Shown here: piece by piece, positions 40,384 to 50,539 of the stretch | Layout of the letters: each line of letters starts with the position of its first letter | How positions within the stretch are numbered: the stretch's first letter is position 1 | Assembly: GCA_036479435.1 (NCBI GenBank) | Contig: JAZGFI010000206.1 | Location: 1 to 64,000, forward strand | Length of the DNA stretch: 64,000 bases | Direction of reading: 5' to 3' | Source: Planctomycetota bacterium | GTDB lineage: Bacteria; Planctomycetota; GCA-002687715; DRQF01 | Position numbers and translations under genes: made by a program | The notes under the pieces: generated by a model | Databases searched by the model: none | Told to the model about the DNA's origin: nothing | Seen by the model: the letters and a program-made list of their open reading frames with translations, nothing else

Positions 40384-41661
40384 TTAGACCCAGCCTCGAA
40401 CCTTCATCGACTCCGCGACTCGTGCCACGGCAACGACGTAGGCCGCCGTACGCATGTCCACGGAGTATTGCTTGGTGGCATCGTAAACGGCGTGGAAGGC
40501 TTTTGTCATCTTCTTGTCGAGGCGCTCGTGGACTTCTTCAAGCTCCCAGTAGAACTGCGTTCCGTTCTGCACCTGCTCGAAGTACGAAACCGTCACCCCG
40601 CCAGCGTTCGCGAGAAAATCTGGGATCACAAAAACACCGTTGGCGGCGAGAATCTTGTCTCCCTCGGGCGTCGTCGGGCCGTTAGCCAGCTCGACGACAA
40701 TCTTGGCTTTCACGCGGGCGGCATTTTTGCCCGTGATCACACCTTCTAGGGCCGCGGGCACCAAAATGTCCATGTCGAGCTCTATCAGCTCTTTGTTGCT
40801 AACGGCCTGCGTATTGCCAAAACCAATGACGCTACCGGTGCGAGTTTTGTGCTCGATGAGGTCGGGGACTGAAAGGCCTTCGGGGTCGTACACCCCTCCC
40901 TTCGAGTCCGAAGCCGCCACGAGCTTCTTGTCGCGGCCGAGCAGCTCCGGCACCAATAGGGCCATGTGCTGGCCCGCGTTGCCAAAACCCTGCACCGCAA
41001 AAGTAGCCCCGTCACCAACGTCGGTGACCTTAAGAGCCTCGCGCAAACAAAAAACACCGCCGCGCGCCGTCGCGTCACCGCGGCCATGCGAACCGCCATA
41101 GGATAGTGGCTTACCGGTGAAAGTGCCTGGCGCATTGAAGCCGCGCTGCCAAGAAATCTCATCGGCCATCCAGGCCATGACCTGCGGCGTCGTGTAGACA
41201 TCGGGAGCCGGGACGTCTTTTTCCAGACCCAAGATCCGACCGACTTGGCGCACGTACTGACGCGACAAGCGCTCAAGTTCGCCAAGGCTCAGCTCTTTGG
41301 GATTGCAAATGATCCCGCCTTTGCCTCCGCCGAGAGGAATGTCCACGACGGCGGTCTTCCAAGTCATCCAGGCGGCGAGGGCGCGCACGGTGTCGATGGT
41401 CTCATCGGGGTGGAATCTGATTCCCCCCTTCGTGGGGCCGCGCGCGTCGTTGTATTGGACCCGAAAACCCTTGAAGACTTTCGTGCTGCCGTCGTCCATC
41501 TTGACCGGCAAGGAAACATGCAGTTCCCGCAGGGGTTCAAGCAAAAGCGCCAAAGTGCCCTCGTCGAGCTTCAGATACTGATTGGCGTCGCGCAGCTGGC
41601 GCTGGGCCATTTTGAAGGGGTTGTCTTCAACCCCGTCGGGGACGGTGGTAGCTTCGCTCAT
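40384..41661 (-). CDS. gdhA: Glu/Leu/Phe/Val dehydrogenase (glutamate dehydrogenase)
   Basis: GPTKGGIRFHP, GGGKGG, DVPAPD, QGFGNAG, ANAGGVTVSYFE; ATG 41661 preferred. Confidence 0.9.
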   Translation of the reverse strand: MSEATTVPDGVEDNPFKMAQRQLRDANQYLKLDEGTLALLLEPLRELHVSLPVKMDDGSTKVFKGFRVQYNDARGPTKGGIRFHPDETIDTVRALAAWMTWKTAVVDIPLGGGKGGIICNPKELSLGELERLSRQYVRQVGRILGLEKDVPAPDVYTTPQVMAWMADEISWQRGFNAPGTFTGKPLSYGGSHGRGDATARGGVFCLREALKVTDVGDGATFAVQGFGNAGQHMALLVPELLGRDKKLVAASDSKGGVYDPEGLSVPDLIEHKTRTGSVIGFGNTQAVSNKELIELDMDILVPAALEGVITGKNAARVKAKIVVELANGPTTPEGDKILAANGVFVIPDFLANAGGVTVSYFEQVQNGTQFYWELEEVHERLDKKMTKAFHAVYDATKQYSVDMRTAAYVVAVARVAESMKVRGWV

Positions 41662-41891
41662 GTCGCGTTCCGTTGAGTTTGGGTGAAAACCGCCGAATTC
41701 GGCCTTTTCCGCTCTCTGATAACCTCTTTGTGCCAAAGCATCATCCCTAACTTTGAAGTTTGGTTTTTCGCTTTGGTCGCAGGGTGGCTAACCCCTACGG
41801 TTCACGAACATTTGTCGATCCCTTATGATCTCCCAAAACACGAGTTCCTCGCGCGCCCGAGCGACGAAATTCCCCAAGGAGACTGCCCACC

Positions 41892-42422
41892 ATGGTGCGC
41901 AGCGCATCCACGGTCTTGTTGATTCTCGGTCTGGCCACTGCAGCACTGCTGTGGTCCGGGCCCGGAGATAGTCACCAACCGGCCCTCGCCAAAACTCTCG
42001 ACCCGGCCGCGGCCGCCGCGGATTCCTGGACCTTCATTCTGAACGACATTCAAGACCTCCCGCGCGAAGGCGAAACCGAGGAGATGTTCGGCTTCCTTTT
42101 CGACGTCGGCGCCTTCGGAATTCCGGAGCTCAAACGCAGCTGGAAGCTTCGCGGCAGCCCGCCGAGATTTCGACCCCACCCTGATTCGGCACGCACCTAC
42201 CGATGGGAGCTCTTAGACAGTCGTGGCATCTTGCTCGACAGCGGAAAACACCTCGACAAGATCGCGCTCTACACGAGCACTGAAAACGGCCCCTGTCTTA
42301 AGTCCACCGTTCAGGATCACGGCATGTTAATCCGATGCGTCTTCCATCCCGCGGCGCAAAGGCTCCGCATCACGCTCGCCGGCAGCCAGACGGCCCATCA
42401 TGACGAGGAGCACGGCCACTAA
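41892..42422 (+). CDS. Secreted hypothetical protein coupled to the M64 peptidase gene
   Basis: Signal peptide; stop overlaps next ATG (TAATG). Confidence 0.65.
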   Translation: MVRSASTVLLILGLATAALLWSGPGDSHQPALAKTLDPAAAAADSWTFILNDIQDLPREGETEEMFGFLFDVGAFGIPELKRSWKLRGSPPRFRPHPDSARTYRWELLDSRGILLDSGKHLDKIALYTSTENGPCLKSTVQDHGMLIRCVFHPAAQRLRITLAGSQTAHHDEEHGH

Positions 42423-44389
42423 TGCAATCCCTCAACAAGCTCACTCCGCTCCTCATTGCCACGGCGATTTTCGCCACCGTCTTAGGCTCTAGCGCCACAA
42501 GCTACGGCCAAAGCGTCTGGACCACCGTCAAAGAATGGGACACCGGCGACTCCGGCAATCGTCTCGACATCGTGATCATGGGCGACGGTTACACCGCAGC
42601 GGAGATGCCACTTTTTCGCACGCATGTTTCCAACTTCATCGCAGCCTGGCTCAACCAGACGCCGGTCGTGGAGTACAAACAACACGTCAACATCTGGCGC
42701 ATTGAAGTCGAATCAACCGATAGCGGCGCGGACCACCCGAGCGCCTGTTTCACGACGCCCGTCATGGTCAACACGACTTTGGATGCGAGCTACTGCACCG
42801 GCGGCACCCAACGCTGTCTTTATTGCAACACAACGACCGCCCACGGTACGGCGGCGCTTAACGTGCCGATGTACGACGAGGTCATCGTCGTCGTCAACGA
42901 CTCGGTCTACGGCGGCTGCGGCGGCTCCGTCGCCTGCTACGCCGGGGCGAATTCGAGTTCGCTCGGCATCGCCATTCACGAACTGGGCCACTCCGTGTTC
43001 GGGCTTGCCGACGAGTACGACTACGGCTCTTCCAATCCGACTTACACCGGCGGACAATTCAGCCAGGTCAACGTCTCCAACCAAGATGCCGCCGCAATGA
43101 CGGCTGCACAATCGAAATGGCACTACTGGATCGGCCTTGAAGGCGTGAGCGCCTTTGAAGGTGCGGCCTACCACCCCTTCGGCGTTTGGCGGCCAAAGTC
43201 AAACTGCCTCATGCGCAATCTCGGGCAGCCCTTTTGCCCCGTTTGCCGCGAGGAGGTTATTGAGGACCTGTGGGACTACGTCACCGGTTACGACGATGTG
43301 ACGCCCTCAACGACGGGTCAAAACCTTTACCCCTACGACCAAATTCTCAGCGTTTCGCTGCCTGACGTCACGCACAATGCCATGCAAGCCGAATGGTTGA
43401 TTGATGGCGTCGTGCAAGCGGCGGCGGGAACGACCAACACCGTGGGCGCGGTAACTACCTACAGCTTCGATCCCTCGACCGTACTGGCTCCCAACAGCGG
43501 ACAACACCAAATCACATTCCGCATCACAGACGCCGTGTCTTGGTACTTGAAGGTTCAGCCCTACCGACCCTTGCCAAACGTCGAGTGGATGGTCACGGAT
43601 GTGATCGTCGACTTCGAAGTCACCTCGTTTTCAATCAACACGCCCGCCGACGATGCCGGAGAGTTGTTGACCGTCGACGAGACGATCAGCAACTCGGGGT
43701 CGACCGCCTCGCCCGTCGTGCGTGTCGGCTACTACGCTTCGACAGACGCGAACATCACGACCTCGGACACCCTGATCGAAGTCCGCGACTTGGCCCCGAT
43801 CCCAGCGGGCACTTCGGTGTCTCTGACGAAGTCGGTGCGACTGCCAACGACTTTCCTTTTCGCAACCACGCAAGCCTACATCGGCATGATCGTAGACGAC
43901 CTCGAAACCCTGACCGAAACCAACGACAACAACAACCGGGCTGTTGACACGACACCGCTGCCCTTCAACAACGCGAGCAGTCTGCAATCAACGACTGGCC
44001 TCATGCCCGCTGCCGCAGCGACGAGTGCGACCTTGTCGATCGACGTCGGAAGCGAGTACGGTGGGAGTGGCTTCATCATGGTGCCGTCGGTAACACCCAC
44101 GACCGGTCCTGGATCTTGGCTGGGCCCCTTCGTCGGCTTCGTAGATCTCGCCCTGGACGATCTCAGCGACCAAGTCGTGGGCGGACTTCTTGGAGCCCCC
44201 ATCTTCCAAAACTTCGCGGGAACGCTCGACGCCTTCGGACAGGGACAAGCCGTCTTCTTTAAGCCCGCCCTGCCTCCGAGTGTCGCCGGTGGCTTTATCC
44301 ACTTCGCCGCCGCGATCATCGAACTTGACGGCGGCGGCAACATCGTTGCGCCCCGCGTCACGAACAGCACATCCATTTTGATTTTCTGA
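42422..44389 (+). CDS. M64 family metallopeptidase with CARDB-like and C-terminal domains
   Basis: RLDIVIMGDGYT, YGG.G, HELGHSVFGLADEY, CLMR...FCPVCRE; CARDB-like ETNDNNN. Confidence 0.85.
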   Translation: MQSLNKLTPLLIATAIFATVLGSSATSYGQSVWTTVKEWDTGDSGNRLDIVIMGDGYTAAEMPLFRTHVSNFIAAWLNQTPVVEYKQHVNIWRIEVESTDSGADHPSACFTTPVMVNTTLDASYCTGGTQRCLYCNTTTAHGTAALNVPMYDEVIVVVNDSVYGGCGGSVACYAGANSSSLGIAIHELGHSVFGLADEYDYGSSNPTYTGGQFSQVNVSNQDAAAMTAAQSKWHYWIGLEGVSAFEGAAYHPFGVWRPKSNCLMRNLGQPFCPVCREEVIEDLWDYVTGYDDVTPSTTGQNLYPYDQILSVSLPDVTHNAMQAEWLIDGVVQAAAGTTNTVGAVTTYSFDPSTVLAPNSGQHQITFRITDAVSWYLKVQPYRPLPNVEWMVTDVIVDFEVTSFSINTPADDAGELLTVDETISNSGSTASPVVRVGYYASTDANITTSDTLIEVRDLAPIPAGTSVSLTKSVRLPTTFLFATTQAYIGMIVDDLETLTETNDNNNRAVDTTPLPFNNASSLQSTTGLMPAAAATSATLSIDVGSEYGGSGFIMVPSVTPTTGPGSWLGPFVGFVDLALDDLSDQVVGGLLGAPIFQNFAGTLDAFGQGQAVFFKPALPPSVAGGFIHFAAAIIELDGGGNIVAPRVTNSTSILIF

Positions 44390-44399
44390 TTCACGGCCT

Positions 44400-44800
44400 G
44401 GAATGAAAAAGGGCTGCGCGACTTTCCCGACATGTTCCAAAGGAACCAGGAATCGAACCTTGGAGAGCGCAAGCGAACGCTCAAAGTGCCATGGGAAAGA
44501 GAGTCTCCGGCAAGGGCTTGGACCGCACCAGGGGCTGTTGCACGTCCTCTGCGTCTACCTCTCCGGCTGTTTGAAAGCGCTTGGAATACCTACTCGACCA
44601 TCCTCTGCATCCCCGTAATTGATGCTGGAGACCAAAGAGAGTTCGAATTGCTCAGTAACATCAGCGCCGCCACCGTGCGCCGCCACATCAGCGCTTCGCT
44701 CGAGAGGCTCAAAAACAGCTGGGCATCTCACGCTTTCAACGAAGTCTTAGTCGGCGATCGTTGGCACCGGCTCAACTACGACCGACTGGGCCAAGCATAG
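44400..44800 (+). pseudogene. Frameshifted transglutaminase-like gene remnant
   Basis: RTRGCCTSSA / VYLSGCLKALGIPTR / TILCIPVIDA...HAFNEVLVGDRWHRLN in successive frames. Confidence 0.55.
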
Positions 44801-44988
44801 ACGTGAATGTGGTCGATGGCGTTGAGTTTGGGCACCATTTTTACTCTCCCTCAGATACGAGGCCTCATGTCGTGGCTTCGAAACCCGGAATAACACCGCC
44901 AGCACGGCGGTTGTAGACGATACTCATTTGGTCCTTGCCAGATTCGCAGGGACTTCGGTATTCTTGGTTTGCGTCCAAGTTCACGTGC

Positions 44989-45462
44989 ATGACCCGGGGG
45001 GTCAAAGCCTTGCAATCAGCCCGCGTCCAGATCATTGCGCTTTTGCTCTGCGCCCTGGCTCCGCTGGCTCTTTTGCCTCAAGGTGGCTCGTTTTGCCTTT
45101 GCGCGCCCGCAGAGTGTGCTTGTGGCTCGGCTTGCCAAGACCAAGACAGCGGCAGTGAAGCGACCACGAGTTGCTGTTGCTGCAAGGCTAGCGCGACCGC
45201 GAAATCCGAAGAGAACGTGGCTGTTACCAAGACGGCCCCGCTATCCACGCCGCATGCCTGCAAGAAATTGAAGGTGTCCGAATCGGAAGCCGCCGACATT
45301 CTTGACCGCTCCGGCTTTGAGCTTCCCGATCTGACCCCAGCTCTTAGTTGTGGCGGCACCTTAGTTCCCCAGGACTTGGCAACGCGCCGTCTGGACTTTG
45401 CGAACACGCAGAGCCCAGTCTTTGCGAATCTGCCGCCGATCAATCTACCCCTCACTATCTGA
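44989..45462 (+). CDS. Cys-rich exported small protein upstream of metal-efflux operon
   Basis: Hydrophobic N-terminus; CLC..CAC..C, CCCC; Pro-rich tail; start uncertain. Confidence 0.55.
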   Translation: MTRGVKALQSARVQIIALLLCALAPLALLPQGGSFCLCAPAECACGSACQDQDSGSEATTSCCCCKASATAKSEENVAVTKTAPLSTPHACKKLKVSESEAADILDRSGFELPDLTPALSCGGTLVPQDLATRRLDFANTQSPVFANLPPINLPLTI

Positions 45463-45560
45463 TCTCCACTCGAAACCGAGACTCGGCGTCATCGCTTCTA
45501 AGCGCTGACCCCGCGTGATGTTGACCCATCGTCGACGATTTCGAGTTCAGGAGAAGATCC

Positions 45561-46949
45561 ATGCCTTTTCTACGCATGGGGATGTGCCTTATTGCCATCC
45601 TCGTCGCGGCGGCTTGTGCCTCGGCCCCCAATCGCTTCCAAGCCGAAGCGAGTTCGGGTAAGGCCCCGGCCAAGTTACGCACGCTGAAAACTAGCCGCGA
45701 GGTTTCGCTCAATGATGCGTCGGGGCGACTGTCCTACCGCAGAGTCTTAGAGCGCGCCCAAAACGCCAACGCCTCGATTCTCGCCGCGCGCGACGCGTGG
45801 GCGGCATCGCGCCAAGTTCGGGCCCAAGCCACCGAGTACCCCGACCCGGTGTTTCGCTTCGGCTACTTTGCGGAGGAAGTGCGGACTCGTACTGGCGACC
45901 AAGTGCTTTCGATCGGGGTCAGCCAGATGATCCCCTGGCCCGGAAAACTCGAATCAAAAGGCCGCGTCGCCGACATCAAGGCCATCCGGGCTGAGCTCAA
46001 AGCCCTCATCGCGACGCGCGACGTCCTTGTCAAGGTCGCGGGCACCTACGTTGAGTACGGCTACCTGGCCGAAGCCATCGAGATTTCGAGCACGATCACG
46101 GATGCTTGGAAGCGGGTATTGGCCGCGGCCCAAAAAGACCCCAGCCAGCGCCGAGTCGCGGAAACCTTACGCGCCGAAACCGAACTGGCGCAGTCGCAGT
46201 ACGACCTTCAGACCTGGCGTGAACTCGCGGAAGTTGAACGCGCTAAGCTCCGAGCACACCTATCTCTGCCGCGCTCGTCGCCGCTTGGGGTGCCGGCAAA
46301 AACCACCGTAGTTTCCGCCTTAGCGCCCCTAGATGAGTTGCAACAGGCGGCACAAGAGCACAACCAAGACCTCGCCTTGGCCCAGGTCACCCTGCGATTG
46401 CAACGCGAAAAGATCACCCTCGCCGAGCAAAGTGACCGACCCTCCTTCAGCGTTTCGGGGCGCTACATTCCGACGCGCGAACGTCGCGACGCCGACCCCC
46501 GATACAACGGCAACGACCCCATTTTCGTCGAGCTGGGCGTCACCATCCCGCTCGGCCGCAAAGCCCGCCGCGCCGAAGTCAAAGAAGCGGATCTGCGCGC
46601 GAGATCGGCCAGCCACGCGCGCGATGCGATTCGCTACCAGATCGACGCAGATATTGCGGGTTGGTACTGGAAAGTCATCAACGCGCAGCGGGTCGTCCGT
46701 CTTTACCAAGACTCGCTTTTGCCCCAGGTCCGCCGCGCGGCCCGGGCCGCCGAAGACCTCGCGCAAACCGGAACCAGTGGCCTCGCCGGGCTGCTCGAGA
46801 CGGTCGCCAACTGGAGTCACCTTGAGCTGGCCGCAGGGCGCGCCGAGGCTGATCTTAGATTGGCCATGCTGCAACTCGAACGCCGCGTCGGAACGCCGAT
46901 GGCGAGCTTCGCGAGCCGCGGCGACCCTAAAACAGGAGCCAAAAAATGA
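45561..46949 (+). CDS. TolC/CusC family outer-membrane efflux protein
   Basis: Lipobox AAAC; YPDP.F.FG, VSQMIPWPGKL, GVTIPL. Confidence 0.85.
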   Translation: MPFLRMGMCLIAILVAAACASAPNRFQAEASSGKAPAKLRTLKTSREVSLNDASGRLSYRRVLERAQNANASILAARDAWAASRQVRAQATEYPDPVFRFGYFAEEVRTRTGDQVLSIGVSQMIPWPGKLESKGRVADIKAIRAELKALIATRDVLVKVAGTYVEYGYLAEAIEISSTITDAWKRVLAAAQKDPSQRRVAETLRAETELAQSQYDLQTWRELAEVERAKLRAHLSLPRSSPLGVPAKTTVVSALAPLDELQQAAQEHNQDLALAQVTLRLQREKITLAEQSDRPSFSVSGRYIPTRERRDADPRYNGNDPIFVELGVTIPLGRKARRAEVKEADLRARSASHARDAIRYQIDADIAGWYWKVINAQRVVRLYQDSLLPQVRRAARAAEDLAQTGTSGLAGLLETVANWSHLELAAGRAEADLRLAMLQLERRVGTPMASFASRGDPKTGAKK

Positions 46950-48412
46950 GAGCGCATCGACGTCCTATCTCCGTTGGCTTGGGACTCCTGACCCTCGCCT
47001 TGATCTCGGGCTGCACCAGCCGCCCCGATGAATCACTTGATCGCAGTCGTTTAGATTTTGGGCAACGCTTCATCGCGACGGCCAGCACGTCATCGCGATT
47101 CAAAGCCCAAGGAAGCTCGGGTAACCTCCGCGACCGGAACCCGGTAGAACTAGATGGCCTCCGCGCTTACCGCGCGGATCTGGCCCTCGCCCAAGGTCTG
47201 CGTAAGCCGCAACCGACAGTCCTGTCCTCCGCCGAAGCTCACGACCTCGATGCCTTGCTCCATTTGGCCTGGAAACAGCATCCACAGTTGTTGGCAAAAA
47301 AGCGCGGCCTGCACGCCAGCTACGCTCGCTATCAGCAAACCGACTGGCTCGGAGATTTAGTACGGAGTGTTGAATCCACTCTTCGGCTCGGCCGCAGCGG
47401 GGGCGGGCCGCCCTCTGCGGCCCTTCGCCTTGAAGGCGCGCTTGGCCCTTGGCCCGCCGTTGAAACCCTACGCGGCCAGATCGCCGACCAAGACGTTCGC
47501 GTGGCCTATGAAAGGCTCCGCATGGCGGTTATCGAACGCCGGGCGGAGATTTTAGAGCGCCTCGGAAAACTCGAAGCCGCCGAGGCACGACGAACCTTGG
47601 CGAAACGCCACGCAACCCTCATGAACGACATCGCCGAGATCCTCCATCCGCGGCTCAAATCCGGCGCCTCGCTCCAAGCCGAGATCCTTGCCACGGAGGC
47701 TCGATTTGCCGACTTGATTCGACTAGTCGGCGATCTTGAGCTCAAAAGAACGGACGCGGAGTCTGCGCTGAAAGAAGCCCTCGGTTTCGCCGCGAATGCC
47801 CCGCTCCCGAGCCTTGTCGGGTCGCCGACAAAAAAGCCCCAGTGGTCGGATGCGAAGAACGATCCAAGAACCGAAATAGCGCGAGCGCGTGTCGACCGCA
47901 TTCGCGCGGGGCTTCGCCTCGCGGAAACCGTCGTGCGGGTTCGTAGCGATGTGGCGACGGCGCGCTTTGAACGTCGCCTGTCCGCAGAAGGCGGAGTGGG
48001 CCGCAAAAAGTCTCTTTCGAGAATCGGCCCACGTCCCCATCCTCGCGCAACCGCGATCGGTCCCGCACTGGCCTTGATCGAAGAGGCCCGTCGTAGGCTT
48101 TTTGCTGCGGAAGCCGAAGTTGAAGCCACAAGACTCAAAGTCAAACGTCAACGCGAGTCCGCGCGAACCGCCGTTGCAACCAGCGCTTTGGAACTCACAG
48201 CCCTTCGCGAAGAGATCCTGCCGCGCATCAAAGCCGCCTATGACTCGCAGCTCATGAGTCTAGGCCGCGGGAATGCTGGCTATCTCGACGTCATTAAGAT
48301 TGCACAACAACTCATCAACACCGAGGACCGTGAAGTGCTTGCACGACGCGCCCTCGCCATAGCCCTGGCGCGAGCCACCGTCGCCAACGGCCGTCCATTG
48401 CCCACACCCTAG
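46946..48412 (+). CDS. Second, divergent TolC-like lipoprotein
   Basis: Lipobox ISGC; coiled-coil helices, PWP motif, EILPR...Y....G...YLDVI. Confidence 0.6.
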   Translation: MRAHRRPISVGLGLLTLALISGCTSRPDESLDRSRLDFGQRFIATASTSSRFKAQGSSGNLRDRNPVELDGLRAYRADLALAQGLRKPQPTVLSSAEAHDLDALLHLAWKQHPQLLAKKRGLHASYARYQQTDWLGDLVRSVESTLRLGRSGGGPPSAALRLEGALGPWPAVETLRGQIADQDVRVAYERLRMAVIERRAEILERLGKLEAAEARRTLAKRHATLMNDIAEILHPRLKSGASLQAEILATEARFADLIRLVGDLELKRTDAESALKEALGFAANAPLPSLVGSPTKKPQWSDAKNDPRTEIARARVDRIRAGLRLAETVVRVRSDVATARFERRLSAEGGVGRKKSLSRIGPRPHPRATAIGPALALIEEARRRLFAAEAEVEATRLKVKRQRESARTAVATSALELTALREEILPRIKAAYDSQLMSLGRGNAGYLDVIKIAQQLINTEDREVLARRALAIALARATVANGRPLPTP

Positions 48413-48428
48413 AAAGAGGAGACAGTCT

Positions 48429-49088
48429 ATGAACTCCAATCGCTCCAAAATCCTATTCGCGCTCGCTGGCCTTGTGGTGGCGGGTTTTATTGCCGGCTGG
48501 TTGGTGCGCGTTCGCATCAAGAGCGAAGGCCAAAAAAGCGCCCCTCCGGCGACAAGCCGCCCGGCTTCGTCCGGTGCCATGGGTGCCGACGAGCCCATGG
48601 GTCACAACATGCCCGACAGTCAGCCGATGGTCATGAAGGCCGAGGAAAACTCGAAACTTCTGGATCTGAAGAATCCGCGCTGCCCCGTCATGGGCGGAAA
48701 GTCGGCTCCGGGAGGTGATGTGTACTTGGTCTACAACGGCCTCAAAGTTCACTTTTGCTGCCCGGGTTGCGATGTGGACTTTCTTGAAGATCCCGTCGGC
48801 AACCTGCGCTTGATCCGCGAGATGGGCGTGACGGTCGATGACCGCCTTTTGACTGAAGCCGCAAACCCAGTCCTGGTTCGGGCCAACAATCGAATCTGTC
48901 CGGTCGATGGCAAAGACATTCCGGAAGGAAAAGAGCCCGCTTATGTCGTTCACCGCGGCGTGCGGATTGCGCTGAGCTCTGACGACTGCGTCGCCAAGTT
49001 TGGCAACGACCCCGATGGCTTCTTGATCAAGGCCGCCAAGACCGGGGAAATCCCACAAGATCGACTGGCCGCCGCAAAGGGCAACTAA
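48429..49088 (+). CDS. Membrane-anchored YHS/TRASH-like metal-binding protein
   Basis: Two NxxCPV repeats, FCCPGC, Met/His-rich linker. Confidence 0.65.
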   Translation: MNSNRSKILFALAGLVVAGFIAGWLVRVRIKSEGQKSAPPATSRPASSGAMGADEPMGHNMPDSQPMVMKAEENSKLLDLKNPRCPVMGGKSAPGGDVYLVYNGLKVHFCCPGCDVDFLEDPVGNLRLIREMGVTVDDRLLTEAANPVLVRANNRICPVDGKDIPEGKEPAYVVHRGVRIALSSDDCVAKFGNDPDGFLIKAAKTGEIPQDRLAAAKGN

Positions 49089-49090
49089 TC

Positions 49091-50524
49091 ATGTTCACCA
49101 GCCAACGCGTCTTCTACATCCTGGTCGGCCTCACAGCGTTCGTCGTCGGTTTTGGAATCGCCTTCGCCTTGCCGCAAAGTTTGATGTGGCAGGCCGAATC
49201 CAAAATGTCATCTGAGTCCGACGGGGGCGAATCCGAAAGCGCCGGATTTGCCTGCCCGATGTTCTGCGTGGTCATGAAGGAGAAACCAGCGGACGAAAAG
49301 TGCCCGGTTTGCGGCATGGAACTCGGAGAGATCTCTCGTGAGCTCGTCGTCGATGAGCAAGAGCGCTCGATGATCGGCCTCGAGGTTGCGCGCATCGAGA
49401 CGAGGTCCCTTGAGCGTCGCCTTTCGATTTGGGGTGAAATCACCTACGACGAGCAAGGCCTCAATACCGTTTCCGCGCGCAGCGCGGGCTGGATCACTCA
49501 GCTAGAAGCCAAGCAAACCTGGCAAGAAGTCAAAGCTGGCGACATCTTGGCCAAGATCGACGCGCCCGAAGCCACCTCGACCCTTGAGGAGCTTTTGGTC
49601 GCGCGTCGCAGTGGCTCCAAATCCCTTGAAGAGGCTCAACGAGAGCGGCTCGAACTGCTCGGCGTCGATGCCGTCGACATCAAAAAGACTCTGGAACTCG
49701 GAAAGGCTCCGCGTCTCACGGCACTGCGTGCACCTCAAAAAGGCACCCTGGTGCGACGCCGCATCACCGAAGGTGAGTACGTCAAAAAGGGCCAGAGCCT
49801 CTTTTTGGTCGCCAACCTCGACCGGGTTTGGTTTGAGCTCGAAGTGTTTGAACCCGACGCCCCCCTGTTGCGAAGAAATGGTCGCGTGCTTTTGGACCGC
49901 GGTGATGGGTCTGCCCTCATCGGCGCCTCAATCGACTGGATCGACCCCATCCTCGACACGCAATCCCGCGTACTGCGAGCGCGCATCGAGTTGGAAAACC
50001 TCGCCGACGCCAAAGGCAACCGACCGTTTCGTATCGGCCAGCGCTTAGAGGCAACCTTGCTCGTGGCCATTGATGCGACCGGCGCTCCCAATCCGGACCT
50101 GGAAGCACCCGAAGATGTCTTGGCCTTGCCGCGCGATGCGGTGCTCAGCACCGGTAAAAGAAAGGTCGCCTTTGTGATGACGTCGAGTCGCCAGGAGCAA
50201 ACAGCCAGCGGGCGGACCTTTCAGCGCACCGTGCGTGAGCTCAATTCCGACCGACTGCCGATGAGGGTGGGCTACGAACTCATCGAACTCGACCTCGGAC
50301 CCCTTTCCTATGAGATCGGAGCCCAAGTACGGCGGGAGTTCTACCCGGTGAGAGCGGCCCGCTGGGTCATCGAAGACGGCCCGAGCCAGCTGAAAGAAGG
50401 CTGGGTCGTGGCGACTAAAGGGGCTCTCATGCTCGACGCTCAAGCGCAGCTTGCCGGTTCGCCCTCGCTGTTTTTTCCGCAGGGCAGTGAAACATCATCA
50501 TCCGACCCCCACGCCGGGCATTGA
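49091..50524 (+). CDS. cusB: CusB-type RND periplasmic adaptor with heavy-metal-binding domain
   Basis: CPMFC...KCPVCGMEL; membrane-fusion motifs; C-terminal DPHAGH. Confidence 0.8.
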   Translation: MFTSQRVFYILVGLTAFVVGFGIAFALPQSLMWQAESKMSSESDGGESESAGFACPMFCVVMKEKPADEKCPVCGMELGEISRELVVDEQERSMIGLEVARIETRSLERRLSIWGEITYDEQGLNTVSARSAGWITQLEAKQTWQEVKAGDILAKIDAPEATSTLEELLVARRSGSKSLEEAQRERLELLGVDAVDIKKTLELGKAPRLTALRAPQKGTLVRRRITEGEYVKKGQSLFLVANLDRVWFELEVFEPDAPLLRRNGRVLLDRGDGSALIGASIDWIDPILDTQSRVLRARIELENLADAKGNRPFRIGQRLEATLLVAIDATGAPNPDLEAPEDVLALPRDAVLSTGKRKVAFVMTSSRQEQTASGRTFQRTVRELNSDRLPMRVGYELIELDLGPLSYEIGAQVRREFYPVRAARWVIEDGPSQLKEGWVVATKGALMLDAQAQLAGSPSLFFPQGSETSSSDPHAGH

Positions 50525-50539
50525 AACCGAGGTTAGCTC

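Noticed and set aside
40355..40405. Duplicated gdh 3' end (ccagcctcgaac x2) as an att site
   Set aside because: Only 12 bp, 28 bp apart, nothing inserted and no integrase
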